Source of the DNA: the human T2T-CHM13v2.0 reference genome, Homo sapiens
DNA: 64,000 nucleotides
Reading direction: 5' to 3' (one strand)
Assembly (NCBI RefSeq): GCF_009914755.1
Contig: NC_060931.1
Shown here one piece after another: positions 1 through 14,011 of the stretch. Made by a program: the position numbers and the translations under genes. The notes below the pieces were generated by a model. That model had not been told where the DNA came from. It saw only the letters and a program-made list of their open reading frames with translations, and made no database searches. Each line of letters starts with the position of its first letter. Position 1 is the first letter of the stretch.

Positions 1-179
1 TTAGACATGGTATCTGTTGCTAGATCAAATTAATATGACTCAAGGATTATGATATGCATTATTTTCTATTCCAGTGATGAAAAAGGAGGACACGCAGTTC
101 ACATGTACACGGAACAAACAAAAAATACACATTTAGTCTTTTGTCCCAAGTTATATTAACTCTCCCATGGTTTAATATT

Positions 180-1065
180 CTTAGAGAACAAAAACATGAA
201 TCATAAAATAAAAAAATAGAATAAACTGGATGTTATCAAAATTAAAAAAACTTTAATTCTTTCAAAGATAATATCAAGAAAATGAAAACTTGAGATGCAG
301 AATGCAAGAAAATATTCACAATAATATATCTGACAAAGATCTTATATCCAGCATATATGCAAAACTCCTATATCAGTAACAAGATAAACACTTCCTTACC
401 CAAGAAAAATTAGATATAATATTTAAAATGACAACCCACCAAAAAAGCTGCACTTGTGTGAATAAACAAAAAGTACATGAAGAGATGCTCAACATCATTA
501 GTCATCAGTGAAATGCTAATTAAAACCACGAGATAGCACTACACACCTATTAGAAAACTGATAATACCAATTGCTGTTGATGTTGCAGAGAAATTGGAAC
601 AATCATACATGGCTGATGCAAATATGAAATCATATAACCACCTTGGAAAACTTGCAAACTCTTGAAATATTAAACATGCATGTAACATATAGGCCAAATA
701 ATTCCACTCCTAGGTATTTTCCCAAAAGAAATGAAAACATATGTCTACACAAAGCTTGTTCCTAAATGTTTATGGTAGCTTTATTTGTATTAGCATCAAA
801 CTGGGACACCACTTGTTTGACACACACAGACAACACTAATCTACAGAGACAAGAATAGACTATTGGTTGCCTGGGGCTGGATTGGGATAGGGGAATAGAT
901 TACAAAGAGACCTTGAAGAAATTTGAGACAGTGATAGGAATGTTCTGATATTCATTATAGTGATGTTTATACAGTTTTATTTGCCTGTCAAAACTCATTG
1001 AATTACACTTTTTAAATGAACGCACTTTATTGTACATAAATTATAACTCAAAATTTATTTTAAAA
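180..1065 (+). mobile_element. Old LINE-1 3' fragment (L1MC/ME-type)
   Basis: ORF2 end and 3'UTR motifs (gatgctcaacatcattagtcatcag, attccactcctaggtatttt, gtcaaaactcattgaa). Confidence 0.85.
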
Positions 1066-1129
1066 AATTTTCAGCAAATTTCCACATCTTAATTCAGCCT
1101 CATAGCCAGTTGCCCTTGTCTCAACTCCT

Positions 1130-1520
1130 GGCACTCCCCCATATAAAACATACATAGAGACTTGTATTTTCCAACTGCATCACGCTGTTTGCACTTCAAT
1201 GTCCTTGTGCATCCTGTTCCTGCTGTCTAGACATTCTAATCTCCTTTTCTCTACCAAAAGAACTTTTACCAATTCTTTAAGCATCAGCTCATGCAGTGTC
1301 TTCTCCAGGAAATCTTCCATGGTTTCCTAGCGTGAGTTGCATTTATCTCCTGTGCCCCTGCAGTGCCCTGCACACAGCTCTCATGTCGCACGCTGAGTTG
1401 TTAATGTTGCCTTACTTCTCAGTCTTAGATTTTACATTCTGTGACATTGTAGTCATCTTTCTATCTTCAGTGTCTGGCAGTGAGTAGATATTCAGATATT
1501 TAACAAACATTTGCTGAATA
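1130..1520 (+). mobile_element. L2 3' end
   Basis: L2 motifs, ending cagtgtctggca...catttgctgaat. Confidence 0.65.
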
Positions 1521-1959
1521 TACTATTATATGTAAAGAATACTGTTTCTGGCATTTACATTGTTCTCGTTTGTAAGTTCAGAGAAATGGGGCAATCTAAG
1601 AAACTTCTGGAGGGAGGGGCAGCTATGTATGTGTGAATATTACGTAAAGTAAGGGGATTGATTTCTCCCATAGACTTTCTTCCTGTACTGTAGAACCCCT
1701 CCATGCTTGATAAAAACATGAAATAGATAAAACCTAACTATGGTTCTCTTCTTGGGGGCACTGTCTTTTCAATGAATACTAAATCTCAAGTGGCCTACGG
1801 TTCTTCAGAGCACTCTTTCATCATGCTGAAATATGTCTGGCCTCCTGAGTCTTCTCTCCCCAGGCATTACTTTTATTTCTCCTGTTTCTTGGCTATCACA
1901 TTATGCACCATCCTTTTCTATTCTTGTTCGAAAGCTCATGCTCTTCTTTAAAAATCTAG

Positions 1960-2010
1960 GTTGTATAAAAAATAATACTGAAATTTTAGGACTGATACAT
2001 GGAAAGAGTG
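1960..2010 (+). pseudogene. Fossil exon (G)CIKNNTEILGLIHGKS, PH beta1-like
   Basis: Acceptor ctcttctttaaaaatctag, donor G|gtattt. 51 nt, open, phase 1-1, in frame with the next exon. Confidence 0.45.
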
Positions 2011-2143
2011 GTATTTCATTAGGCTGATAATTGAAGTAGTTTGGAACCTATCACTAATACAATTTTTAAGAACTTAACAGTTGCATTGAATGGTAGTAGC
2101 ACATACTTCTTCATGCCAATCAGGTTCTTTTTTTTTTTGCTAG

Positions 2144-2250
2144 ACATGACAAACTCTAGACTTTCAGGCTTTATTCTAGAAGAGACAATGGTTGTAGAAG
2201 GAAAATATGTTAAAATTGTATCTTCCCTGTGCCTTTTACCCATAAACTTA
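2144..2250 (+). pseudogene. Fossil exon (D)MTNSRLSGFILEETMVVEGKYVKIVSSLCLL; 3' end uncertain
   Basis: Strong acceptor ttcttttttttttgctag. Phase 1 matches the previous exon. The KYVxI motif recurs at 43.7 kb. No clear donor. Confidence 0.45.
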
Positions 2251-2927
2251 AAATGATCTCTCTTCTTTTTCTTGACACATGTGATTTGTTTCTCTAACTG
2301 GTAGCCTCTGTTTTTCTCTCTCCTTCCACACCTCTCTGCCTTTCCTCTTTCTTTTCTACTCCGCCTCCCACCATCATCCTTGAGAGCATCCTAATAAAGA
2401 GCTCTTAAAGATTCTGATGTACACCACTTTCTGTTGTGTGGCTGGCTCCTTTTCAATATTTCTTTCTGAAAAGTAAAATAAAAGCAACCACAGTAATGAT
2501 TGTTAAGAATAACAATACTAATGATTAGTAACAATAAAAACAATAATGTTAGTTTTATTTACCTTCTTGAAGGGATGATGTGCATTCTACAGCTCATTAT
2601 TTTATAAAGTGCTCTTTTGATGAAGCATTGTAAAACACAGAAATTGTTCCTACCATTTTGATTAGCATTAGAGTAAAGCAACACTTGAGACAAACAGGGA
2701 TGTGTGATTGTTTACTCTTTTTGTATTGAGAAAATAATGCATATGAGTTGATTCTAGAATAATACTGTGTTCAGATCATATCAGTGACTCATTTTTTCCC
2801 TTTAAAAATAGTTACAGATGGAAAGTTTAAAGCCTTTATTTTCTAGGGCTGTTTTGAATGTTTCTTAAGCAACTCAATTCTCTATATGGTAAATACACAC
2901 AAAAAGTCCTGGTATTGTTTTTCGCAG

Positions 2928-2986
2928 TATTCAGTGCAGGACCATCTGTCAATCTATCACTCCCACTTGTGACAGAATATGGAAAG
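2928..2986 (+). pseudogene. Fossil exon (V)FSAGPSVNLSLPLVTEYGK
   Basis: Acceptor ttgtttttcgcag, donor AAG|gtcaat. 59 nt, open; ends in phase 0, matching the 4965 exon. Confidence 0.4.
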
Positions 2987-4214
2987 GTCAATGGAGTTGT
3001 CATTTTTACAACAAACTTGAACAACGCTTTTGCATTCATTAAATTTAGAATCTCTCCCAACTAATAAATGCATAAACTCCTTTTAAAACAAAGATAAAAT
3101 ATGCAATGGAAATACCTTCACTTACACTACACATTTTTTAGGATGTTGAAAGTTATGTGTTTCATGCTCCATGAAAGAATTCTATTTTCTCAAAAGTACA
3201 ATGGACTTCATTATAGAGATAATAGGTGACCACTTAACCTGCCCAAGCTCACAAATATGCAAGATCTGTTTGCAGCAGTGAAATTATTTCTAAATTAAGC
3301 AAAGGAGGAAAATGTGGCACCAAAATAAATTACTTTTCTGGCCATCTTGAATTCAGCAGCTGAAAAATCCTCATACATAAGATCAAGATGAAAAGGAAAT
3401 AGGCTTTACCTGAAGCATTGATTACTCAGCCCACCTGAAGATTAACCTGGGGATTCATTTGAAGGAGAAGAAGAATCTCGACGAGTAGGTTAGATGAAAG
3501 GGTTTTAGGAGGCCAATGAGATTACATGGGTTTAGTCACAGGCAAATAGACAGGGGTGACACATCTGTGAGGGAATAACAATAGGGGCTTGTCTAGGACA
3601 AAGAGGAAGAAATGCAGTCAGAGACTCAGCTGTCTTATTGGGGTACAATAAATATAAATTCATTAAAGGCAGGGGAATACAGGGCAAGTGACGATTTAAT
3701 ACTAAAGGTTACCAATTCACTTGTCAAGCCTCCATCAACTCTGCGTATTTGAAGGTGGGTTATTCCTAGTTGGAGGTTAAATTTTATGATATACTAATGC
3801 ACATTATAGCTAATTTGTATTTAATTAAAATAACAGGTACATGCTTATTCATAATGCATTTAAATTTTTTAAAGTAAAAGAAATCACCTATTATACTCAG
3901 GCATTATTTCTTTTACATTGAAGAATAAAAACTGAAGCTATCTTAACATTTAATATTCAATTTGTTCTATTCTATTTACTTAACTATCCTATTGTCTGAG
4001 ATTTTTTCATTGGCATTTTCTGCTTCAATGAGTAGGGGACAAGTACTAACAGAAGTTCCTACATTTTGGAAGAATGTCAGCAGTCTCCTTAGCTCCCCAG
4101 GATAAATTAATTTTTCCTCTCTTTGTCCTTGTTTTAAATTCAGAGCCTTGTTCTTCTCTTCGTGAATTATGTCACTGAGCACTGAGAAGCTGTGTTGCTT
4201 TTGCTCTTAGTCAT

Positions 4215-4820
4215 GTTTCATTCGCCAATATACACTAAGTGCCTAGGTGCTGCTCTAGGTTCTCCTGAGAGAATAGATCAAGGAGATTCTATCTAAAGAG
4301 GGGAAGCCAAAATTAAACACTAAGCACATTTTAAATATTTCTATCTGCAATGGAGACAGCAAAAGGGAGTGATGTGGGGAAGTGACTGGATCGGGGGTGG
4401 GAAGTCTTTAGATAGAGAGACTAAGATTTCTCCAAAGAAGTAACATTTGGGTTGACTTTTCCAGGCACCCAAAAGAGCAAGTGTAAAGGACCAAAGGTGG
4501 GATGACTTGGGTTTGACCAAAGACAGAGAAAAGGCCAATGGAGTTAAATAAAGGGGTTAGTAAGACTGGGACAATGTCAGAAATGCAGGGGTCAGATCTT
4601 GAAAGTGCTCATAGGGCATAAAAAATTTACATTTTATTTTAAGCACAGTGGAAACACCATACGTTGTTGCTGTTGTGGAGGTAGTGCTTAGCATAATTAA
4701 AACTGTGGTCTAATTTTTTTAAATGATCTAATTTTTTAAAAAAGATCGAGTGGAGAAAGGCAAGAATAGAAGCAGGGAGATATACTGGAAGTGACTGCGT
4801 GATTCAAGGGAAGGACAATG
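4215..4820 (-). mobile_element. L2 fragment
   Basis: Purine-rich antisense L2 pattern starting ttcattc. Confidence 0.6.
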
Positions 4821-4964
4821 GAAGTCTGCATGATAGGAGATAAAATTAAATCAAGCAGGGATCTCTTGAGTGGGTTTCTACCACCTGAAAGCAGAGTAGG
4901 TACTTATCTACAAAATTTAGTTTTAATGTTCATAGTTACGGTCAATGAGTACTTTCTCTTACAG

Positions 4965-5127
4965 ATTACAATGGATAAAACAACACCTAACTTTAGTTGT
5001 CTGTTGCTTGGACTAAATTCTCCCTTTTGAAATGAAAATAATTTTCTGAGAAATGCTATATTAAAACATTAAAATAGTTAAGCATTTCTTGCATATCATG
5101 GAAGATCTTCACCAGAAAAAACAGCTG
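4965..5127 (+). pseudogene. Fossil exon ITMDKTTPNFSCLLLGL...(frameshift)...EDLHQKKQL
   Basis: Strong acceptor tactttctcttacag, donor CTG|gtttag. The PN..LGL..F pattern resembles the 44394 exon. Contains stops and a frameshift. Confidence 0.45.
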
Positions 5128-5246
5128 GTTTAGAAGGGCAAGAAATACACAGAGGAACACATCTAAGAATGTAGCATTGCATGTTCTTGATCCATTGATT
5201 TGCAGAGACCACTTATATTAGATTTTTCTGCATCCTCTCCTTACAG

Positions 5247-5317
5247 CATTACATCTTGGTTACTGAGACAGTATTTGTTATATTTGTTGACAAATATTGC
5301 TGCACTGTCACCTCAGT
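5247..5317 (+). pseudogene. Fossil exon HYILVTETVFVIFVDKYCCTVTS, PH beta2-beta3-like
   Basis: Strong acceptor catcctctccttacag. Open in phase 0; similar to KYVIITNETLHLF at 43.7 kb. Weak donor gtaaca. Confidence 0.5.
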
Positions 5318-6105
5318 GTAACAGTCCAATTCTGCCATGTGATGAACACACATGGCTTTTTCAAGAGGCCTACTTTTGGATGTTCAAATTTACACATGAT
5401 GAAACACTGAATTCTTTTCTTAAGGGCAATCAAAGACAATGATGTTTTTGGGAGATTGGTTTAAGTTGAATCCCTTTGAGTCTCAGCATATAATATTGGC
5501 CAACCTGCCATATTTTAAGCAAAGTGTCATATTTTATGAGGCACAGCTTGCAAGAACAAATTCCACAGTGAGAGATGCAAACATCAGTCAAAAGCAAGGA
5601 TTCTAGTATCACTAAGCATCTATTAAGGGCAGGCATGCGAGGTACCCTGGTGAATATAAGGCCTTAGGGAGACTACATATAGATGTATAAAATTGCAAAA
5701 GATGTTACATATGATTTTGTAAAATGGGTGATGCAAATGTTGCTAAAAGGGTTCAGAAGAATTCAGGGGAGTCAGGGGTGATTGTAAGAGGGTCAGACAT
5801 ACTTTCCTAAGAACCGTAGTGCTTTAACTGGATTCCAAAGATTGAAGTTGTTTTCCCAGAGAAGGATGATAAAGAAGCATGACAAATGAACCATCAAAAT
5901 TAACAAAACTCTTGGACTCTACAGAGTAAATAGTAGGAAAAGCAATATGGTGGATCCTACAGACATTCCTGGAGGGAAAGTTTGAGTCCCTAGTGCATTT
6001 AGGAAGCTCTTTAAAACTAAAAAATATACCAAGCCTATACCTGGACTTCTAGAAAGAGCATGATAGAAGCATCCTGTTAACATTGTTTTTGTCTTCCTTG
6101 ATTAG

Positions 6106-6161
6106 TAACAAAGTAAGTGCACATAACAACAACAGGTTCCTGCAAGCTGAAGAATGTCAAG
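6106..6161 (+). pseudogene. Candidate fossil exon, frame uncertain
   Basis: Acceptor gtttttgtcttccttgattag, strong donor AAG|gtaagg. 56 nt, one open frame (NKVSAHNNNRFLQAEECQ). Confidence 0.35.
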
Positions 6162-6299
6162 GTAAGGTGAAAGGAAGGAAACATTGATCACAGCAGTTAT
6201 ATGTTAGAAAGTATGGGTACTGAAAGTAATGGCTTATCTTTGTTTTCCTTCTCTTGTTAATTGTTTGGATTCTAAGTTACCTAAAAGAAATAGACAGTT

Positions 6300-6617
<318 letters not shown>

Positions 6618-8094
6618 TTACACTGTTAAAGAGAATCACAAACACTTTTTAGCTTGTGGCATAATTATTCAAGCATAGATGCAAAATGCAAAAAAGTACA
6701 TATTTTAAATTGTGTTTTGCTGACTATGTTTGGCAGTACATTTTTATTTTTAGCCTAGTATAAATTACATTCTTTTCAGGATAGCTTCTTGTTGTAGTCT
6801 ATAATGGGGAATGGGTGACAAATGGTCAGCTTACTCCTTATCAGAATGGATATCTTTTATTTTAAGTCTTTCATAGATTTTTTTTTATTTGAACAGAGCA
6901 CATATAATCAAGTTTTTATTCTAGTCTTTAAAAAACAACCAATGTAAAACTGTATTGGGGCAATTTAGATAAAGAAATTATATTCTGGTGAAACAAAAAC
7001 ACATACTAATATTGTTTTAATGTTTGAGAATTAGAAGTGTTAATTGCTATTTTATAAAACACGTTCAAAATATCACTATTCTAAACCAGAAAGTGTTTGT
7101 TGGTTTTACTATGTGGAATTCAACTGGGAAGACTACATTGGTTAACCAAAAATAACTCATATGTTTCATGACTTTATAAAAGAATATATTACTTTAGGAG
7201 AATGTTAAATGCGTACAGCAACAGTAGCAAGCAGGAGCAAGTAGATATAATATAGGTAGCTTATTTTCATTTTTATATAATGTATTTTTGGTTTTACCAA
7301 AACCAAAATAAAATAATACCTCCTCTTTTAGGAGTAGCAGTTGTACTTATGAAAAGAAACATAAAACAAAGTAATAGATTTGGAGAGATGATGTAACTCT
7401 AAGGAATAGACAATATATACAGTTTTTCTTTGTTATATATATGGATTTATATTTCAATAGTGAGATTTAAAGAATCTAGTGGATTTTATTCTTATTTTTT
7501 CTGGAAAGAAATTGATTTACATTTTTAAAAATTATGGCATTCAAAAATTTAATCTTTTTTGAAACACAACAATGCACTCTGTTGAATATTTAATTGAATA
7601 TGGTCCCTACTGATTGAGTCTTGAATAATTGCTAATTGGAATGAATTATGAAAGGAAAACATGTATGTACACTATCCCTATCATTTCAACAAAGAAAATA
7701 CAAATTTCAGTGAGAATCAAAATGTGTTTGATATTAGCCAATACAATCTTCCCTTTTCACTTTTTTGGCTGCTGTAATATACTTCATGGAGGAGTACTGA
7801 TGAATAAAACAATTTCTTCTATTCTTTTTATAAACTCTTGTTACCCTAACTCCATGATTCTTTGTTCATGAACCTGGTGTAAAATATCTGATGACCCTGA
7901 AACAGATATGGAACCATCACATACTAATCATGAGTGCAGTGATGACAACTATGCCAAAGGAATTCGCTGAAGATAATTCTTCTCAATGTAACTGTCCATC
8001 CACAGTTCTGCATGATCTGGAGAGATCTCCCTAATGAAATGATTTCATTTGAACTGAGTGACATGGGCTCATGTATGAGCTAAGGGTTGAAGTA

Positions 8095-8360
8095 GATAAT
8101 AATTATAGCTAATATTTGGTGGTTGTTTAATATGTGATGAGTACTGTTATAAAACATACATACATACACACACACTCGTTTAATGTTAACAAGCTTATGG
8201 TATAGGTGTTATTACTAACCCCACTCTACAGATGAGAAAACTGAGCACACCTAGATTAAATACTTTGCCCAATTTCACACAGTATTAAGTAGCAGAGGTA
8301 GACCTGAAACCCATTCCATCTGGCTGCAAAGCCAATGTTGCTAACCAGGATGCTACTTTG
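8095..8360 (-). mobile_element. MIR
   Basis: Core acagatgagaaaactgag...tttgcccaatttcacacag. Confidence 0.8.
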
Positions 8361-8810
8361 ACTCTTTTGGTGAGCTCTAGGCTCCTTCTATTTCCAAGAT
8401 TATGAAACCACAATACTTGCCTTCTCCTTCAATAACTCAATGAAGAAGTATCTCTCAATAATAAAAGGATATGACATTGAGAATATGTCTTTATCCATGT
8501 AGGCCTGGAAACATATCTAGCCAATAATGAGGGTTTGAAAAATGAGAAAGAGATGACATTGCAACTTTTTTAGTAAATTACTTTAGTTAGGATGTGTTAG
8601 TTTTCAATAACCCAAGGTAAGGATGATTCATTATCACACTTCAGGGCGACCCATACTAAGAAAATATTTGTATGTTTGTTGGTGTCTGATATGAATCAAA
8701 ATATTTATAAAGTTAAGTACTTTAGTGTAAACGCCTATAAATTTGAAACTAGGTGTTGACTTCATCACTGTGAACATTATCAAATTACTAGTAATATAAC
8801 AACGTTACAG

Positions 8811-8934
8811 ATTTAAAATTTTCTTGAGCTATGGCTTCAATAACATTTTCATTTATTGGAGTTTATGTAACATCTTCAGAAGCTTTAAAAAATAATTTGC
8901 AAGCAGCTTGGAAATGTTCTAGCATTTCAGTGAG
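8811..8934 (+). pseudogene. Fossil exon ...ITFSFIGVYVTSSEALKNNLQAAWKCSSISV, PH C-terminal helix-like
   Basis: Donor GAG|gtaaaa, weak acceptor. Ends in phase 2. Last plus-strand candidate before the inverted block. Confidence 0.35.
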
Positions 8935-8951
8935 GTAAAAAGCATATATAT

Positions 8952-8990
8952 ATGTGTGTGTGTGTATGTGTGTGTGTGTGTGTGTGTGTG
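8952..8990. repeat. (TG)n microsatellite
   Basis: Direct reading. Confidence 0.95.
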
Positions 8991-9809
8991 GGTCTGCATA
9001 ACTAAAACAAGTAGTATGTTAATGTCACTGAATAAATTTGAATTAGGGTGAAGAATACTTCTTATACAAATGCTTTTCATAGCACTTCTCTTGAACCACA
9101 GTAAAAACCTATATTAGGACTATCCTCAAGTTAGCTTCTCTAATTTACCTTCTTAGGCAGAAAGCCACTAATTTGCATTAACAATTAGCAGCATGAAGAA
9201 CATCCTCATTTAAATGACAGGCAAAGAAAAATGTGCCACAAGTGATAATCATGAGAAGCAAATGAAGAGAGGAGGAAATCTGTGAGATGGCAGTGTTATT
9301 AAATTGGCTGTTTTGATATTGAAAGAGTCATGAAAAGAAGAAAGCCCTAAAAAGTTTCCAAATTATCAAGCAACATGATGATGAACTAATGTGTATGAGA
9401 TTTGGAAAACGGGAGATCTTTGTCAATCTTGTTGAGAGGAATTTTAGTTGCATCAAAGAGATGGGATCTAGATTGCCAGAGTTTTTAGGAAGTGAGAAAG
9501 AAGGTGTAGAGAGTAGAGGTGACTCAGATTTTAATTAATCAAATGCACACAAACTTGAAAATTAAACTACAGATATATAAATAACTCATGGGTCAAAGAA
9601 GAAGTCACAAGAAAAATTTGAAAATATTTTGAATGGAATAAAAATAAAAACACATCTAAATATATGAGAGAGATAGCTGACAGTGCTTACAGAAATTTAT
9701 AGCTTTAATGGAAATATAAGCAACAAGGACATATCTCAATCATCTGTTTCTACCATATGAAATTTAAGAAAAGCCCCAAACAAACAGAAAGTAATAAAGA
9801 TCAGAACAG

Positions 9810-10110
9810 AGGCTGATTATGGTGGCTCAAGACTTTAAGACTGAGGCAGGAGGATTGGTTGAGCCCAGGAGGTCAAGACCAACCTGGGCAACATAGCAAG
9901 ACTGTCTTTACAAAAAATTAAAAAAATTAGTCATGTGTGGTGGCATGTGGCTGTGGACCAAGCTACTCAGGAGGCTAAAAAGGAAAGACCACTTCAGCCT
10001 GGGAGGTGGAGACTGCAATGAGCCGTGCTCGTGCCACTGAATTCCAACATGTGTGATGGTTTAAAAAGCGTCTCAAAATTTAAAAAGTATCTCAGAAAAT
10101 TAAAAATAAA
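9810..10110 (+). mobile_element. AluJ, diverged, inside L1
   Basis: gagcccaggaggtcaagaccaacctgggcaacatagcaagac. Confidence 0.85.
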
Positions 10111-11277
10111 AGATCTGAGTGGAAATCAATGAAATAGAAAATGAAAAGAGCAATATCAGTGAAGCTAAAACTTGGTTCTTTGAAATATTAACATTGATAA
10201 ACCTTTAACTAGAATGACCAAGAAAATTGAGGAAAATATTTCCCAACAAAGTACTGTTAGCGAGCCTAGTCCTGCAAAATATATAAATAATTATACATTA
10301 TGACCAAGTAGGACTAATCTCAAGAATGCAAAGTTAGTTTAACATAAAAAAATTAACAAAATATTCCATGTTAATAGAGTGAAGGATGAGTACTACATGG
10401 TCATTCAAAAGGCATGGAATGGTTTCTGGCAAAATCTAGCACCTATTCATTAAAAAAACTCTCAAGAAACTAGGTTTTAAGGGGAACTTCCTCAACCTCC
10501 TAAAGGATATCTATATAAAATTATGAGCTAACATGATATCTAATGTTACATATGTTAGTGAAAGACTGATTTTTTTTTTCTCTAAGACGAGAACCAAGGC
10601 AAGAATGTACCTTTATACCATTTTTATTTAACATTACATGGGACGCAGGGGCAGAAGAAGGCATAAATGCATCCAAGTTGAAAATGAAGAGATAAAATTA
10701 TCTTGATTCATAGATGGCATATTTTTGCATGTACATTTGGATTTCACAAGAAATCCAACATTATTAAAATTAATAAACAAGTTTAGCATATTTGTAGGGC
10801 ACAAGATCAATTTATAAAATCATTGTGTTTCTATATACTAGCAATGTATTTTCAGAAAATGAAATTAAGCCATCCCATTTACAATAGCATCAAAAAGAAT
10901 AATATGCTGATTAATAAATGCAACAGAAGAGGTTCTAGACTTTCATACTGAAAACTATAAATCACTTGAGAGTAATTAAAGAAGATCTAACTAAAATGAG
11001 AGGCAAAGCATTTTCATTGATTGTTATGCATATTCATTGGTATATTTTAATGACAATACTTCCCATTTATCAATGAATTCTAAGCAATTCCTATCAAAGT
11101 CTTGGTAAGCTTTTCAGCAGAAATTGACATGATTGGAAAATTTATATACATATTCAAAGAGCTGGAATAGCCAAAGGAGCTTTCAAAAGGAAGAACAAAA
11201 TTTGAGGCTTACACTACCCAATTTCAAAACTAAGCTAAAGCAATGAAGACATTGGTATAAGAAGAATCAGATAGACT

Positions 11278-11500
11278 GATGGGTCAACAAACTAATGTCT
11301 GTGGGCCAAATATGTCTGACCTCTTTTTTTTTAATAATGAAAATCATATTGGAACCCAGTTATGCCCATTTATTTACATTTTATCTGCTGCTTTACACTG
11401 CAATGACAGATTTGAGTAGTTGTAATAGAGATCACATGGCCCACAAAAGCCTAAAATGTTACCTATCTGGCCCTTTTATAAAAGTTTATTTTCTTCTGAT
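11278..11500. mobile_element. MER58A-type hAT-Charlie MITE
   Basis: gggtcaacaaact...gggccaaat...tggcccacaaaagcctaaaat...tggccctttt. Confidence 0.8.
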
Positions 11501-11636
11501 ATTGATAAATGGAATAGAATTGAATGTTCAGAAATCCTTATATTTATGTCAACTGATTTTTAAGAAATGAGTCAAGACAAATCAATTTGGAAAAGAATAC
11601 ATTTTCAACAAGCAGTTCTGGAACAACTGAATTTCT

Positions 11637-11666
11637 GTATATATATATGTATATATATATATGTAT

Positions 11667-11706
<40 letters not shown>
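11637..11706. repeat. (TA)n/(CA)n compound microsatellite
   Basis: Direct reading. Confidence 0.95.
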
Positions 11707-11708
<2 letters not shown>

Positions 11709-12961
11709 GACACTTGGGAGTACTTAGACCCTTACCTTACACCATAACACAAATTAACGCAAAATAGATCAATAGATCATAGACTTACATATAAAATCTA
11801 CTACCACAGAACTTCTGAAAACTTTGGTTCGGCAAGGAGTTCCTACATATGTAGCCAAAATGTTCACAAAAAGAAATACTGATAACTTGAACTTCATCAA
11901 CATTAAAAATTAAAATCTTTTGCTCTTCAAGACTAGGAGAAAATATTTTCAATATCTATTTGACAAAGAGCTTGTATACAGAATATCCAGGATATATAAA
12001 GAACTCTTACAACTAAATGACAAGAAAATGAACAAAGGATTTTTTAAAAAGGGACTAAAGATATAAAGAGACAATTCATCCATGAAGATATACAAATGGT
12101 TAATAGCTATGTTACTAAATATGCTCATATTGATTAGTCATTAGGGAAATTATAGTTATGAAAATTGAAACCACAATCAGATACCATTAGACACTCGTTA
12201 TAATGGCTTTAATCAAAAGAAGAAACTACTAAGCGTTTACAAGGATGTAGAAAGACTAAAAAGATTATACATTGTTTATGGGAATGTAAAATGTCAGAGT
12301 TGTTTTGGAAAACAATTTGGCAATTTCCTAAAAGTGAAACATACACTTACATGTGACCCAGTAATTCCATTTCTATGTTTACAGAAAGGAAATTGAATCA
12401 TATGCCCACACAAAGACTTGCCAATTAAGATTTGAAGCATGAAACATTATTCGTAATGTATTCCAACACTGGAAAGAGTGCAGATGTTGACTAACTGGCA
12501 AATGGATGAGCAAAATTTGTATTTCCATAGAAGGGATTACTACTCAGCAATAAAAAGGAACAGATTTACTAATACATGCTATACAGGGATGAACCTCAAA
12601 ACCATTAGGCTAAAGAAGCCAGGCACAAAGCAGTATATATTTTATGATTCTGTTTATATGAAATGTCAAGAAAAAGCAAAGATACATAAGCAAACTTTTG
12701 GAGTGATTATGATGTTTGAGAACTGGAGTATCATGATAGTTGCAAAACTATACATTTAAAAAAATTCACTGAATTGGACACTTACAATGGATGAATTTCA
12801 TGGTGTAGAAATTATAAATCAATAAAGATGTTAAAAATAATCTTTTTTAACTTTTTGAAACATAGATTACTGATTTCAGGCATTTTTATTACATAAATTT
12901 AGAGCTCTAAATGATACCTAAAGAATTGTATACTTATTTTTATTGAGGTAACATTTATATA

Positions 12962-14011
12962 TGGTCAGTTCTGCTATAATGTTATATATGTGCTCCCCAA
13001 ATTACTGTGCCATGGAGAATTGCCCAACAAAACACAGTGCTTATAGGAAAACTGGATTGAGTGGAACGATATACAATGTCATATATCAGTGACATAAAAA
13101 ATGATATGAACCTAGATAAATGGTAGCAAAATTTTACATGTATTAAATGGACACGATAAAAATAAATGCTACAATAAATATGATGCTTTAATTTTTAAAA
13201 GACCTAACATTTGCTTGTGGAAGTGTGCTTCCGAAGGGTTTAGCTTACAAGTTATTGTGAAGTGGTGGAAGGTGGGTCTATTAGTTTTCTGGGGTTGCTA
13301 TGACAAATTAATACCAACTGGGTGGTTTAAAACAACAGAAATTGATTCTCTTATGCTTTGGGAGGTTAGAAGTCTGAATTCAAGGTGTTGACAGTTGCTG
13401 CTTCTTCTGAAGTTTCTTGGGAAGAATTCTTCCTTGTCTCGTCTAGCTTCTGGTGCTTGCTGGTAATCCTTGGAGTTTCTTGGCTTGTAGACGCATCACT
13501 CTAATGTCTGCCTCTGTCTTCACATGGCCTTCTCCCCTATGCCTCTGTGTCTTTGGGTCCAAATCTCCCTTTTATGACGACACCAGTCACATTTATTTTA
13601 AGGCTCACTCTAATCTAGTATGACCTCAGTTTAACTTGATTGCATTGGCAAAGACCCTATTTCCAAATAAGTTCATATTTATCGGTTCTGAATGGGCATC
13701 AATTTTGAAGGGACACTATTCTATCCAGTATAGTGAGTTATTTGAAATTGGACAGAAAGTTGTAACACTAGATGAGCATGGGAATGGCTTACAACACACA
13801 TAATGAACTGAAATAATTGCTAGATGTTTGAAATGTATGTTTGTGCATTATTTAACTCATTTAAACTTGGTGAAATTTTTGGCATGCAGCTAGTTTTTTT
13901 TCATGGGCCAAATCCTGCACAAGCAAACACAAAATTCCATTCTGATTAATATATTAGTCAGGTTGGAATGAATTTATGGTTTCAAAACAAGTGTTATAAC
14001 AGAACTGATTG
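12962..14011. mobile_element. TcMar-Tigger DNA transposon (Tigger6-like)
   Basis: Terminal inverted repeats tcagttctgctataa (12965) and ttataacagaactga (13994). Confidence 0.75.
13275..13732 (-). mobile_element. MLT1 (MaLR) LTR nested in the Tigger
   Basis: ttaaaacaacagaaattgattctc...gcaaagaccctatttccaaataag. Confidence 0.88.

Larger units (their letters stand above)
9530..12840 (+). mobile_element. Old L1 (L1MB/MC-type) ORF2 plus 3' end, interrupted
   Basis: Degenerate ORF2 motifs (catgggtcaaagaagaagtcacaag, cccatttacaatagcatcaaaaagaat); aataaa terminus near 12820. Confidence 0.9.

Noticed and set aside
3410-3446. Minus-strand micro-exon-like signal (CAG|gtaaag)
   Set aside because: No supporting peptide. 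It shows that such signals arise by chance, which is why single-exon confidences are modest.
6780-8616. Further plus-strand acceptor/donor pairs (6780, 7198-7255, 7332, 8574-8616)
   Set aside because: Could be more fossil exons, but frames and boundaries are too ambiguous to call.
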